From IMG/VR virus record IMGVR_UViG_3300034200_001950: 64,000 nt of DNA, one strand, 5' to 3'. Below are positions 39,315 to 49,913 of this stretch, piece by piece. The notes beneath the pieces were generated by a model, which saw nothing but the letters and a program-made list of their open reading frames with translations, was not told where the DNA came from and made no database searches. Position numbers and translations under genes: made by a program. Each line of letters begins with the position of its first letter. Position 1 is the stretch's first letter. Source of the DNA: an uncultured virus (IMG/VR IMGVR_UViG_3300034200_001950). Taxonomy: Duplodnaviria; Heunggongvirae; Uroviricota; Caudoviricetes.

Positions 39315-40094
39315 TTATACTGATTGATAGGCTACTTGCTGCCTACTGTCTCCCTTTTCTAAGAATTCCTGCATTTGGCCTTGACCCATAATGTGTGGAG
39401 TATATATATAAGACGCAGAAAAAAGGTTATAATTTTTTTCTGCGCAGTTTTTACTCCAACCTAGATCTTCGCCTTGTGCGTGAAATTCATAGTTTATATT
39501 TTTATACACATCCTTCGACATCATCTTAGCTGCCATTATAACATCTGATTGGAAGTAAGACCCTAACGGATAAGAAATATTTCTATGAGCCTTTTCATAG
39601 TTAGTACCATTAACCCATGACATCACACTAGGAAAGTCAATTCCAAATGGTGTCATAAACATCAACGTATTAACTGCGTCAGCGCCCATAGAAATATGAC
39701 TTAATAATAATTCTATTGTGTTTGGATTAGTAAGTAAAACATCTGAGTCAAGACTAAAATATGCATCGGCGTTTGCGTCTCTTACTTTTTCTAAAATAGA
39801 ATTACGCATTGAAACCATATTAGTATATTTAGCATAAGACCATTGACGGGTCCCTTCTTTGTGTGAGAAATGAGCTAAATCATCTCTTACTTCTAAATCA
39901 AATATTTTTACTTCCGGATGATGCTTCTTCCAAGCAGATAATACTCCTATAGTTTCATCATCATCAGTTCCCAGTTCAAAAACAAAACCAATATCAGATA
40001 AGTTGACAGACTGGTTTTCAATGAAGTACAACCAAGCTGGCAAAATCCAATCTCGTTTATAAATTGGGCATCCTATAATTATCATCAAACACAA
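39315..40094 (-). CDS. Glycosyltransferase (GT-A fold)
   Basis: IGCPIYKR, MRN, YFSLDSD (DxD), GEDLGW. Confidence 0.75.
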   Translation of the reverse strand: MCLMIIIGCPIYKRDWILPAWLYFIENQSVNLSDIGFVFELGTDDDETIGVLSAWKKHHPEVKIFDLEVRDDLAHFSHKEGTRQWSYAKYTNMVSMRNSILEKVRDANADAYFSLDSDVLLTNPNTIELLLSHISMGADAVNTLMFMTPFGIDFPSVMSWVNGTNYEKAHRNISYPLGSYFQSDVIMAAKMMSKDVYKNINYEFHAQGEDLGWSKNCAEKNYNLFSASYIYTPHIMGQGQMQEFLEKGDSRQQVAYQSV

Positions 40095-40142
40095 TCTTTC
40101 ATCTTAAAGTTTTTTAATTCCAAACACTTTTATTAATTGTTT

Positions 40143-40301
40143 TTAGTACTTTGGCTTCTTCTTCTTTTTAGCAATTGCTGCTTGAAGAAATGGTGGCAGC
40201 TTCTTCTGCGCTGGCGTCATGCCGTCCGTTTTTGCTGCAGCTTTTTTAGCTGCTGGTGCTGCTTTTTTTGCCATTTTCTTTGATACTTTCTTCATTGCCA
40301 T
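40143..40301 (-). CDS. Small Lys/Ala-rich basic protein
   Basis: Manual translation MAMKKVSKKMAKKAAPAAKKAAAKTDGMTPAQKKLPPFLQAAIAKKKKPKY. Confidence 0.7.
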   Translation of the reverse strand: MAMKKVSKKMAKKAAPAAKKAAAKTDGMTPAQKKLPPFLQAAIAKKKKKPKY

Positions 40302-40309
40302 ATTTTTGT

Positions 40310-40507
40310 CTACTTCTTTCTTTTGTTGATTTTTCCTAGCGTTTTTGCTAGATTTGCTTGTTTTACAGTTAGCTTACTATATCGCGTTGGATTTTTTGTG
40401 ACTGCTGCTGCCATAGCTGGAACTGATTTACCAGCCTTTTTTGCTTTCTTAGTAAAAGCTCCAGGCCTTTTGATTGCCCCTGCTATCCAATTCTTTTTGG
40501 CTGCCAT
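40310..40507 (-). CDS. Small basic protein
   Basis: MAAKKNWIAGAIKRPGAF...ANLAKTL. Confidence 0.75.
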   Translation of the reverse strand: MAAKKNWIAGAIKRPGAFTKKAKKAGKSVPAMAAAVTKNPTRYSKLTVKQANLAKTLGKINKRKK

Positions 40508-40668
40508 TACTTCTTTTTCCTTGCAGCTCTCATATTATCAATTAGATTTGGATATGGTCGTCCTGCAGCTTTTGCCATTGCTTTTGCTGAAGCTTTTGCT
40601 TTAGTACTTAGTTTTTTAGGTTTAGATTTTGGACTTGGTTTATCCCAAACTTTTTTCTTACTAGCCAT
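40507..40668 (-). CDS. Small basic protein
   Basis: Manual translation MASKKKVWDKPSPKSKPKKLSTKAKASAKAMAKAAGRPYPNLIDNMRAARKKK. Confidence 0.7.
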   Translation of the reverse strand: MASKKKVWDKPSPKSKPKKLSTKAKASAKAMAKAAGRPYPNLIDNMRAARKKK

Positions 40669-40671
40669 AAT

Positions 40672-40974
40672 TTACTTCTTTCCTTTATTTCTTTTGGAAA
40701 TAGCTGCAGCTTTCTTTTTAGCATCAGCTTTTGATGAAGCCCCCCAAGCCTTAAGTGACAATAAAAGTCTTGTTGGTTCACCGTTTGGTTTACGTTCTGG
40801 ACCAGGCATTCCGCCCATGCGTGCAAGGAATGAGGCACGTCTTGGGTTGTCGCCTGATTTTACTGGTGCCTTTAAGTTCATGCCTTGCTTCTTTGCTGAA
40901 GCACGCCCTTTTGCGTTAAGTCCACCTTTAGGGTTTTTACCCGCTTTTGTTTGCCATGCTGGTGATTTAGCCAT
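40672..40974 (-). CDS. Small basic protein
   Basis: MAKSPAWQTKAGKNPKGGLNAKGRAS...RRASFLARM. Confidence 0.8.
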   Translation of the reverse strand: MAKSPAWQTKAGKNPKGGLNAKGRASAKKQGMNLKAPVKSGDNPRRASFLARMGGMPGPERKPNGEPTRLLLSLKAWGASSKADAKKKAAAISKRNKGKK

Positions 40975-41099
40975 TACTTTTTCTTCTTTGCTTTGTTCTT
41001 AGTCTTGGAAGATTTTGCTGGCTTTGCATCAATTCCGTATGCAGAATTGTTTTGCCCCATTCTAGGACCAGCTATATAAATTTTCTTTTTCATAACCAT
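40974..41099 (-). CDS. Small basic protein
   Basis: Manual translation MVMKRKIYIAGPRMGQNNSAYGIDAKPAKSSKTKNKAKKKK; AGGAG RBS. Confidence 0.65.
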   Translation of the reverse strand: MVMKKKIYIAGPRMGQNNSAYGIDAKPAKSSKTKNKAKKKK

Positions 41100-41126
41100 T
41101 GCTTTACTCCTTTACTTCTGCAATCA

Positions 41127-41438
41127 TTATTCTTTAGTTTTAGCTTTAGCCTTTACTTCTTTTGATTCAACATCTTCTTTTACTTCTAAAGTGTCGATCT
41201 TAGGTTCTGCAATTTTTTCTTCTACTGTTACTTTTTTTTCTTCTACTACTGCAGTAGGTTGTTTTTCATCTTCGTCTGAAGAAAGAAAATCTTCTATAAT
41301 ATCCATTTTTTCTTTTAGCTCTTCTATAACTGGAATCAATTGCTCTAATATGCTTAACACATGGACATTAGCCAAACGGTACTGGCTATTTAAAACAGAA
41401 TTTTCTAATTCTTCTAACAGATTTTCATCTACTATCAT
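41127..41438 (-). CDS. Hypothetical acidic protein
   Basis: 103 aa, RBS, immediately downstream of portal. Confidence 0.65.
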   Translation of the reverse strand: MIVDENLLEELENSVLNSQYRLANVHVLSILEQLIPVIEELKEKMDIIEDFLSSDEDEKQPTAVVEEKKVTVEEKIAEPKIDTLEVKEDVESKEVKAKAKTKE

Positions 41439-41445
41439 ATATCTC

Positions 41446-43083
41446 CTATAGTGTAATCGGGTTATTTTCTTCGACTACAGTATAGTCGTTATCGAGCAAC
41501 TTTTCAATTGCTGGAAGCCAACTTAAATCATCAGCTGATCTTTTAATATTAGAAGATTTGTTTCTTCCGAACTGGTTAGATGGTCGAGCTTTATTCCCAG
41601 CATCTTTTGTTTTAGAAGGTAGATTTACCTGACCCTTAGGTGCTGGTGTTTGTCCGTCTCCAGTTTTGCTAGTAGAAGTTGCTGCTGGCGTTGGAGCTAC
41701 TGCAGCTGCATTTGCTGCTATATCCATTTGCATTTTTGCCTGCAAAGCCATATATAATTGTTGTTCATCTAACTCAGAGCTTAGGCCAAGTACTAATCTT
41801 GCTTCGTCTAATGTTATTAGATTATTAACATACTTCTGGATTAAATGGTTTTCTTTCTTAACCTGAGTATCAACATCTATCTCTTTAAATCGCAAGAAAC
41901 ATCTATCTGATATAGTATCTTCTATTGGGTTTGCAATTGGATCAAAGCCACCTTCAAAAAGAAGTTCGTTAAATATATGCAGTCTTACTAGATCAGAGAA
42001 CTGCTTTTGTAATTGCTTAACCTTGTCATACAAAGCAGCGTCTAGTCTTTCGGTAACTGATCTGTTACCACCATTCATGCTCATACCAAGATGGTGAGGA
42101 GCAACGCCTAGACCTACTGCAACTCTTTCTTTGAAATGATTTAGGTACTGTGATGCATCAAGTGCAGTGTTGTTAGCCCCAATGACGTCTACAGCGTGTC
42201 TGAATGGCAATATTAGCCCACCTTCAGCTCTTATGTTTTCTATCTCAGCTGCAGCTTTTGTTATTTCTTCTGGCTCTGCTGGTTGCTCTGCTGTACCAAT
42301 CGTGTACTTGTAAAGTGGGAATAGTTCTCTATGGACTAAGTTTTGTATATCTTCTTCCATTTGTCTTAATGCAATAATGTCATCAAGGACAGTAGACAAA
42401 GCTGGAGTACCAAAAGCTCTTCCTGGCTTTTTATCAAAGTACATGTGTATTACGCGCTCGGCAGACCATACTGGGTCTTTGTCGTTTGGCGAATATGTTA
42501 AAGGGTCAGTTGCCTGTTGGTAGGCTTTAGCTCTGTTCTGCTTGTCTCTTAAAATGTATACTTGCTCAGTAGGTATCAGATAGAACCCAGCAATTGGGTC
42601 GCTACCATTAACTGGAGTTAAAGTATCAGGGAAGTAAGAACTTAAATCAGCCCTAGCTTTGACAATAAAAACGTTTGAATACTTTATTAGCTGGTCAGAC
42701 AGTTCCATCAAAAATTCCGAAAACGGTCTTTTCATCGTCATTTCAAAAAAGTCTATTCTCCTATAAAGATAGGAAACAGCCTCTTCGTTCTCGCCAATGA
42801 TTTCCCAGCCCTCTTTCCAAAAGAGTTCACGGTGCTTAGACACAGCCTGACGGGCATAGCCGTCTGTGTCACAAGCTTGGGTAATCCTATTAAAGTCGTA
42901 CGGAGACGGCTCGAAAGCAGCTCTTGTGTCATAATAATAAGAAGAACCTCGAAAGCCTAAAGCTAACGCAGCTATCTTAATGCTCTTACTTAAGCCTTTT
43001 AATTCTTCTGGTTTTAACGCTTTTTCAACTACTGAAGAGCCACTATTGTCAGAGAAAAAAGGCAGATATGATCTAACGGCCAT
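41446..43083 (-). CDS. Portal protein
   Basis: 545 aa; LIKYSNVFI, VIH...FGTP, LGVAPHHLG, NLITLDEAR..LG. Confidence 0.8.
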   Translation of the reverse strand: MAVRSYLPFFSDNSGSSVVEKALKPEELKGLSKSIKIAALALGFRGSSYYYDTRAAFEPSPYDFNRITQACDTDGYARQAVSKHRELFWKEGWEIIGENEEAVSYLYRRIDFFEMTMKRPFSEFLMELSDQLIKYSNVFIVKARADLSSYFPDTLTPVNGSDPIAGFYLIPTEQVYILRDKQNRAKAYQQATDPLTYSPNDKDPVWSAERVIHMYFDKKPGRAFGTPALSTVLDDIIALRQMEEDIQNLVHRELFPLYKYTIGTAEQPAEPEEITKAAAEIENIRAEGGLILPFRHAVDVIGANNTALDASQYLNHFKERVAVGLGVAPHHLGMSMNGGNRSVTERLDAALYDKVKQLQKQFSDLVRLHIFNELLFEGGFDPIANPIEDTISDRCFLRFKEIDVDTQVKKENHLIQKYVNNLITLDEARLVLGLSSELDEQQLYMALQAKMQMDIAANAAAVAPTPAATSTSKTGDGQTPAPKGQVNLPSKTKDAGNKARPSNQFGRNKSSNIKRSADDLSWLPAIEKLLDNDYTVVEENNPITL

Positions 43084-43140
43084 AGGATATACCCTGCTTT
43101 AAACTAGGTTTAATTATAATAGTAATTGAAATTACTAATT

Positions 43141-43335
43141 TTACTTACTTGTTTCAGACAATCCAGACATTTCGAAAGATTTCTTAATAATAAGACTCTT
43201 AACTGCTTCAAGCCAAAAGATTGTTTCAGTTTCAGAAAAATCGCTCTTATAGGAAAGATTTTGCTGTGAAATCTTAATAACTACAGTTGCCTCTTGCTGG
43301 ACATCTTCTACTTCTACATTGGTATCTTCACTCAT
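43141..43335 (-). CDS. Hypothetical protein
   Basis: 64 aa ORF, overlapping start/stop. Confidence 0.6.
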   Translation of the reverse strand: MSEDTNVEVEDVQQEATVVIKISQQNLSYKSDFSETETIFWLEAVKSLIIKKSFEMSGLSETSK

Positions 43336-43517
43336 TGAAAGTCATCCTTTTGTTTTGTGTTTTTTATTGTTTCTGGTTCTTTTGCAGGAGCGTTTAAATT
43401 AATCTCAGCTGTAAGCTGTTTAATTGTAGCATCCTTTATTATGCCTTCAAGAACTAAGGCGTTTACCTTGTCCTGGAAAGCTTGCATGATGAAATTTACA
43501 TCTAAATTATTTTCCAT
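43332..43517 (-). CDS. Hypothetical protein
   Basis: 61 aa ORF. Confidence 0.6.
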   Translation of the reverse strand: MENNLDVNFIMQAFQDKVNALVLEGIIKDATIKQLTAEINLNAPAKEPETIKNTKQKDDFQ

Positions 43518-43525
43518 GAATTTTA

Positions 43526-45399
43526 TTATATCATCTTAGCTTCTAAAGTAGCAACTTTTGCAGATAATTCTTGTATTGCTTTAATTATAGGAGATATAAA
43601 TTCCTCATACCTAAGTGCTTGGTCTGAGTCTGGGTTTTCCGTATCTGTTAATATCCATGGGCCAAAATCCTTTGGATCAATATTGTTTTTATCTATTGCT
43701 TCTTTAACTTCCTGAGCAATCAAACCTAGGTGCCTTCTTTTACCTGGAGCACCTATTCTTACCTCTGGTATATGTGTAATTGGATCTCTTATTTCTTCTC
43801 CGTTTTCGTCCAATACTGCTTCCATGTAAGAAGCTATTCTTCTGTAAGAAACTGGGCGTAAGTCATTAATGAAATCTAACCCAATATGTATATCTTCTAT
43901 TGCTGTTTTTGTTCTTCTGTCTGAAGTATTTATTGAACCATCAATCGACCAAACTTCTGTCCATCTATAATCTGAAACTCCGAAGAGCCTTGTTGTTATC
44001 TAGGTATGGGTACCAATGGGTTTTTGACCCGCCTGTAGCCCTGCTTCTCATGCTTATGGCATTTACTAAAACGCCATTATCTGGGTCAACGACAAAAGAC
44101 CCTGGTTGACTAGCATCCCATTGGTAGACTACAAATGCACCATTAGATAATAACATAGCTATTGGGTCATAAGGTACGTTGCCATAATATGTCCCTGATG
44201 TTCTAATCCCGCCACCATCAATAATCCAGCCACCAATAGTTCCACCAGTGGCTGTTAGGTTTCCTGTATTAACGGTTCCAGTGATATTGGCTGTTAGGGC
44301 GGTCATGTTCCCGTCATTATCTACGCTAAAATAAGGAAAATAAATACCAGACGAACCACCTGTGTCCACCTGTATGTACCTAGAATCTGAACCTGCCCTA
44401 AAATAAGCCGTATCATTGGCTTCTCTTCTTACCCATGCGTTGTTCCATGTTCCATCTATCCCTAGACCATTATGATCCGCAGCGTCGTTGACGTTTTTGC
44501 CAATGTAAACATCTCCAGCTCTTAAATACCCGGTCATTGTTCCGCCAGATGCGTTTATTGTTCCGGTAAATGTTCCAGATGTTGCAGTAACTGCTCCAGT
44601 AAAAGATCCAGACGTTGCAGTTATCGCTCCACTAATAGTTGCTCCTGTGGCAGATAGCACTCCGCCAGCAGTCACCCCAAACTTTCCTGATGTAGTTGCT
44701 ACTGTACCATCTGAAGATATAGTTAAACCAGTTGTAGTTACGGATTTTGCATTAATTTCTCCTCTTATTGATGCTGCACTAAACTCTGCATTTCCGTCAC
44801 CTTTAATTGCCCAACCAGAACCATTAGCCCCAGCTACATAACCTGATGATTTTATTATTGAGTTAACTCCATCTAAAGCAATGATGGATGACGTTATAGT
44901 TCCTGCTTTTATCTTTGTGGCGGTTAGCTCTGTTATTTCTGCAGAGTCAATTAGTGTTGCAACTGAACCAATTAGCGAAGTCCAAGGGCCCCTGTTGCCA
45001 GAGTTGTCGAAAGATCTTACTCTGCCATAATAGATCGGGGGTGTGACAGCATTTAACGCAACTGTAACACCTGCTAAAACTACAGTGAATACGCTGGTAT
45101 AGCTAGATCCGCTCTTGCAGTAACGTGGTAAGACTGTTGGTTGAATATACTTGATAATCGTATCCAACTAAGTCTTTATCAGTAGGCGCATCAAATTTGA
45201 ACATAACAGACTTTGAATTACTGTACAAAAAGAAATTTGCTATATCTGGGGTGCCAGGAATAGTTTCATCTCCCGGTGTTTCAAATATAAAACTTTTTTC
45301 AGCAATTATAGTTGATATATTTTTATCGTTTACTAAAACTTTTGCCAAGTACCTTGTATTTGGCTTTAGGTCTTGTATGGTCTGTCTAAATTGGGTCAT
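43526..45399 (-). CDS. Tail fibre/spike with C-terminal peptidase S74-type chaperone, 623 aa after two +1 shifts at CGG (45109..45111, 43980..43982)
   Basis: Three ORF pieces join: LLQE/GSSYTSV and NNKAL/GVSDYRWTEVWSIDGSINTSDRRTK...LRPVSY...HLGLIAQEV...LRYEEFISPIIKAIQEL. Confidence 0.85.
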
Positions 45400-45407
45400 G
45401 ATTCTCC

Positions 45408-46409
45408 TTAAGATTTAAATGAAAGTACACTAGAGTATTCTTTGGAATCCAATGTAGCTACTGGTCCTTCTAGATATTTAAAATTTATAAACTGGACAAC
45501 AGTATCTGCTTGGTTAATATTATCTTGTTCTATTACTTCTATAACAAAATAATATTCTTCGCTGTATTCTAGTGTGTCTATCTCGTAAACTAACTTTGAA
45601 ACACTTTCATTGGAAGCTAGGTTTATAATTACATTGCTCACGACTTCTTTTTCTTCAATAGTAATTGAAGTATCATTAGCGTAATCATTTGTTGTTATGG
45701 CTTTTTTGATAATTTTAAGTTTAAATTTTCCACCATTTTTTAAAGTCTGCGCGGTTAATTGAAGTATAGGGCCCTTAAAAGAACCGGTCACTTTTGACCC
45801 AGGATTATTAGATTTGTACTCAAGCCAATCAGTTGTTTGGTTATAGTAAGAAAAAACTGGAGAACCATCAGTTGCGTCATTCTTGGCATCAACTGTAGTT
45901 AGATAGCTTGCTATCGTCGATATGTTCAAGTTGTAATCTGCTGTTAGAAGATTTGCCGGCGTGTTAGTAAAAGAAGTAATATTTGCTTGACTAATTTGTT
46001 TGTACTTTACTACGCCTGAGTGCGTAACTGGTTCTACATATTTTATATAAGAATTGCCGTAATATATATGATATTTTTCATTTATTGCGGTTCCCTGTTT
46101 GTGGGTATCGCCACTTAAAAAATACAAAGTAGAATTAATAATATTAGATTTTACAACTTTAAATATATTGCTAGTAGGGTCACTTTGATATACAACAACA
46201 TATTGTTTGTTGTCTGTTGTTTTTGTTTTATTCTTATCTACTTTAGTATAAAAAGAATCATCGTTTATTTTGACTACCAGTAAATTATTTGGCTCTATAT
46301 CATAATACGGAGCACTAATCTTAATTTCGTTTCTCATTGGTGGAAAGATATATCTTGCATTTACGTCGTCGAATGATCCATCCCTTGATAAATAGTTAAA
46401 CCAAGACAT
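45408..46409 (-). CDS. Hypothetical virion protein
   Basis: 333 aa in structural operon. Confidence 0.6.
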   Translation of the reverse strand: MSWFNYLSRDGSFDDVNARYIFPPMRNEIKISAPYYDIEPNNLLVVKINDDSFYTKVDKNKTKTTDNKQYVVVYQSDPTSNIFKVVKSNIINSTLYFLSGDTHKQGTAINEKYHIYYGNSYIKYVEPVTHSGVVKYKQISQANITSFTNTPANLLTADYNLNISTIASYLTTVDAKNDATDGSPVFSYYNQTTDWLEYKSNNPGSKVTGSFKGPILQLTAQTLKNGGKFKLKIIKKAITTNDYANDTSITIEEKEVVSNVIINLASNESVSKLVYEIDTLEYSEEYYFVIEVIEQDNINQADTVVQFINFKYLEGPVATLDSKEYSSVLSFKS

Positions 46410-46411
46410 GA

Positions 46412-48034
46412 CTAATCCTCTAATTCCACATATTCGACAATCATGTTAAATCTTTCATTGTCAATTCCTTCGGCTGATTCAAGGCCTAAGCTAGCACTTA
46501 TTATAACATCAACAACTGGGACACCGCCAGTTAAAATTTCTGGGTTATAAGAATCTACAGATACAGAAACAGGATTGTCTGGATCTGTAAAGTTTTCTAA
46601 AAATTGTTTATCTATTCTATCCTGAGAATAGTCTACCGAACTAGCTCTTATGGGAGATGAGCCATCGGCTGCTGAGTGACTATGGTTAGCTAAATCTAGA
46701 CCTCCTATTGTGGACCCTTCTGAGATAGTTATATCACCAGTAATAACTCCACCAGATCTCAACAAGTATTGAGGATGGTTGTCTTCTAATAAGTCAGTAA
46801 AATATTTATGACTTGAGTTTAATGTTTCATGCTTTTCATTATTAACTGAAGCTTGCTCAAAATACCCGGCATATTCGTCATAGGGAACATCAATAAAATA
46901 TCTTTCGGACTTAGTGCCAGAAACAAACTTTAGTTGTCTTGTATAAGAAATGTATCTTCTTTTTTCTCTAATCATAGCTAAGACGCCAGATATCTTTTTA
47001 TCTGCGTTGATTCTTTTATCTCTTAAGTCAGCCAATAAAGATGCTAAGTTTCCATTAATAGAAGAAGCTGCTATAACAACTTCTTTAGCTAAGTTAGGAG
47101 ACTTTGTTCTCATGCTGCTAGATAACAAAGAAAGCTCTAAAGGATACGCGACTAAGCTTCTTGACTTAATAGCTGGAGATAAGAAATTGTCATAATACAT
47201 GTCGCATGTATCTACCATTTCTCTTTTTGCCAAACCTAAAAGTTTTTTTGTTTCTGATTGGTAAGAGTTTATTCTGATCGAAAAAAATGCTTCAAATTGT
47301 GCTGCTTGGATTTGAGTGACATTATCCACCTCGGATTGGGGGAGTTCAGGTGGGCCTGAGAAGATTTCACGGGCAAAGAGTTTCGTATATTCTTTACACG
47401 TTTTTGCCCATTGGTAGAATTCTTTTGCGACCTTTTTTTCTGTATCATCGTCGTATTCATCCCCTATCGTATACAGCATGACGTTGTTCATGCGTAGCAT
47501 CTCGTAATGCATGTACGATATAAATGTCTTAATGTCATAGTAAAAACTTAATGTAGTTTTACCGACATAAGCGTCGTACTCCATTACTAATGCTCTACAG
47601 CCCCTACACTGATGATCTACAGCGTAAAGGTATTCTTGGTAACTTATGTAGTTAGGTGCTGGTTTTTGAGATATTGTTATAATATCTGAAACTTCTGTTT
47701 TTGCAGCATTTACCACTTCTGACCACACTTGATTATGTGCTTCTTCTAAATCTGGAGACAAAGAACTATCTAAATAAGTAATATCTAGCAATGCTTCTAT
47801 TTCTCCAATAACTTTACTCATTGACATTATTGCATCAGCTATTTCTGCCAAAACATTACCCCTAGGGATGACTTCTGTCATTGAACCTAAATAATGATTC
47901 ATTGTTCTTAGGTCTGGCTGTCTTTGCATAGCCATATCCATTAGTTCGCTAGAAGTCAACCCACTTGTTTCAAATGGTGGGTTAGTATCAAATAAATTTG
48001 GTGACTGTGGGACGTTCGGCATATTTACTGACAT
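46412..48034 (-). CDS. Hypothetical virion protein
   Basis: 540 aa; DNHPQYL..GG.ITG fibre/baseplate-like motif near C-terminus. Confidence 0.6.
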   Translation of the reverse strand: MSVNMPNVPQSPNLFDTNPPFETSGLTSSELMDMAMQRQPDLRTMNHYLGSMTEVIPRGNVLAEIADAIMSMSKVIGEIEALLDITYLDSSLSPDLEEAHNQVWSEVVNAAKTEVSDIITISQKPAPNYISYQEYLYAVDHQCRGCRALVMEYDAYVGKTTLSFYYDIKTFISYMHYEMLRMNNVMLYTIGDEYDDDTEKKVAKEFYQWAKTCKEYTKLFAREIFSGPPELPQSEVDNVTQIQAAQFEAFFSIRINSYQSETKKLLGLAKREMVDTCDMYYDNFLSPAIKSRSLVAYPLELSLLSSSMRTKSPNLAKEVVIAASSINGNLASLLADLRDKRINADKKISGVLAMIREKRRYISYTRQLKFVSGTKSERYFIDVPYDEYAGYFEQASVNNEKHETLNSSHKYFTDLLEDNHPQYLLRSGGVITGDITISEGSTIGGLDLANHSHSAADGSSPIRASSVDYSQDRIDKQFLENFTDPDNPVSVSVDSYNPEILTGGVPVVDVIISASLGLESAEGIDNERFNMIVEYVELED

Positions 48035-48042
48035 AATTTCTC

Positions 48043-49908
48043 CTAAAACATATTTCTTTTTATCTTAGCGGTTGTTTTTTTTCTAAATCCCGCTTTGGGT
48101 GTACCAACATTAATTTTGTCTGCTCTTCCAACTCTTTGTTGATTATCTAAAGTATTAGTCGAAGAAACTAGTTGTTCTTCCGGCATAAAAAATGTATTCG
48201 ATATACTTTCTGTATTCATAGCATACTTAGCTTTACTGAACTCTCCATAGTTTTGGGTAATTGCCAGTAATGCTAATATCAAAGCATCGTGCGCGTGATC
48301 AACTGCAGAACCACCAGCTTCAAAGACAGGTCTTCCAGTTTGGGTGGTTCTTACTACGACATAAGATATTAATTGCATAAACATGTCATCGTCAGATGCG
48401 GGAATACACAATTGTTCTCTTTCTAGAAATTGTCTTAAGTTATCAACCATAAAAGGCTTTAACTCTTTTTTGACCATTAGCTTAGTGTAAGGGTCTCTGA
48501 TGTCTATTGTCTCTGCAAAGCTGACGCCTTTTACTTTTTCTTTTAATCCAGTATTTGGATTTTCTACACCATGCTTACGCAACAGCTCAACTTGTACTTC
48601 ACCATAGCCTCTGTCCACATATATGTGTTTTGGGTTCAACATTGTGTTGAGTTCTATAATTCTAGCTACAGCCTTAGTTAATGTATATTCAGACTTTTCT
48701 ATTTCTTCTCTAAAGCAAAGTTTTATCTTGCCTCTAAATTCTGCTTCTTCATAGTTTTCAGAACAAACTTCTAATACTACTATGTTTGTTCCGGCTCCAT
48801 ATTTGTCCCAGTCAACTCCAATAACATGGAAACTTCGTGCCGAAGTTATAGTTGGTATGTAAGACCAACCTGGATCTATAAAAGCTAAGTCAACGTATCT
48901 TCTTGGATACACTCCTTCTGAGTCTTCTCCCCAGTCTGCTTCGATTTCGTGGCGATATCCCATTTCGGAATATTGTTCTCTAAATTCATCTTCTTGTTCT
49001 TTACTAAAGAATGGGTTTGCGTATGATGGAAACCAAAATTCCTTAAACCTAGGATTCCTACACCATTCCCAGAATTTTTCTCTACGACCAGTTGGGGTAG
49101 ATGCTGCTATTAAAACTTTGTCTGGTTGGTCTTCAGCGGTTTTCTGGAGCATTGCGTATAGCGCGTCAAGGTCATCATTGTGCATGTAGTCCATTTCGTC
49201 AAGCACAATTACGTGAGCTTCCTGACCACGAGCAACGTCTGACTTGCCTCCAGATCTCATTCCTGATGTGAAGAATCTAATTGTTGATCCATTAGAAAAC
49301 TGAATCATAAACTGAGGGCTAGTTACTTTTCTTGTTATGGAATCAAGGACTATATTATTTTTTGTAGCTAATCTAACCATTTCTTGGTAGATTAATTCCA
49401 CGTGAGATTTCATTGGCGCAATAACAAGACATCTTCCGTCTCTATGCGTGTAGCTGTAATGCAAAAGATAAACTGCCATTGTAAAAGTTTTACCTAAACG
49501 ACGACCAGCTCTTAAAACTTTTCTTAATGCTGGGTCTCTTAAAATCAGAGTTTGGTAAACTCTAGTTTCTACACCCAAGAAATGCTTAGCCCATAGACAA
49601 GGATCTTTTGCGTAGTGTAATTGCCTTTGCTGCTCAGAAGATAGCCCGGCATTTAGCAAATTATTATCAACCTCAAATGGCTCATCTACTAATAATGATA
49701 ATTCTCTATTAGTTAATGGCCTAGACTCAATGGGTGATCCGTCTGACCAGTTAACGTGAGTTAATTTATTAGCAAAGACCCATTCTATTCTGTTTACTTG
49801 TTTTATAATTTCTGGGTCTTGTGCTTTTAGGATCTCAAGAAGATCTTCTCTAGGAAGAGCTTCTAATCTTTCTCTAAAATTTTTAGTCTTATCTTTTAAG
49901 CTAGTCAT
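48043..49908 (-). CDS. terL: Terminase large subunit
   Basis: AGRRLGKT Walker A, IVLDE Walker B, STPTG, IGVDW nuclease, DHAHDAL. Confidence 0.92.
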   Translation of the reverse strand: MTSLKDKTKNFRERLEALPREDLLEILKAQDPEIIKQVNRIEWVFANKLTHVNWSDGSPIESRPLTNRELSLLVDEPFEVDNNLLNAGLSSEQQRQLHYAKDPCLWAKHFLGVETRVYQTLILRDPALRKVLRAGRRLGKTFTMAVYLLHYSYTHRDGRCLVIAPMKSHVELIYQEMVRLATKNNIVLDSITRKVTSPQFMIQFSNGSTIRFFTSGMRSGGKSDVARGQEAHVIVLDEMDYMHNDDLDALYAMLQKTAEDQPDKVLIAASTPTGRREKFWEWCRNPRFKEFWFPSYANPFFSKEQEDEFREQYSEMGYRHEIEADWGEDSEGVYPRRYVDLAFIDPGWSYIPTITSARSFHVIGVDWDKYGAGTNIVVLEVCSENYEEAEFRGKIKLCFREEIEKSEYTLTKAVARIIELNTMLNPKHIYVDRGYGEVQVELLRKHGVENPNTGLKEKVKGVSFAETIDIRDPYTKLMVKKELKPFMVDNLRQFLEREQLCIPASDDDMFMQLISYVVVRTTQTGRPVFEAGGSAVDHAHDALILALLAITQNYGEFSKAKYAMNTESISNTFFMPEEQLVSSTNTLDNQQRVGRADKINVGTPKAGFRKKTTAKIKRNMF

Positions 49909-49913
49909 GATAA

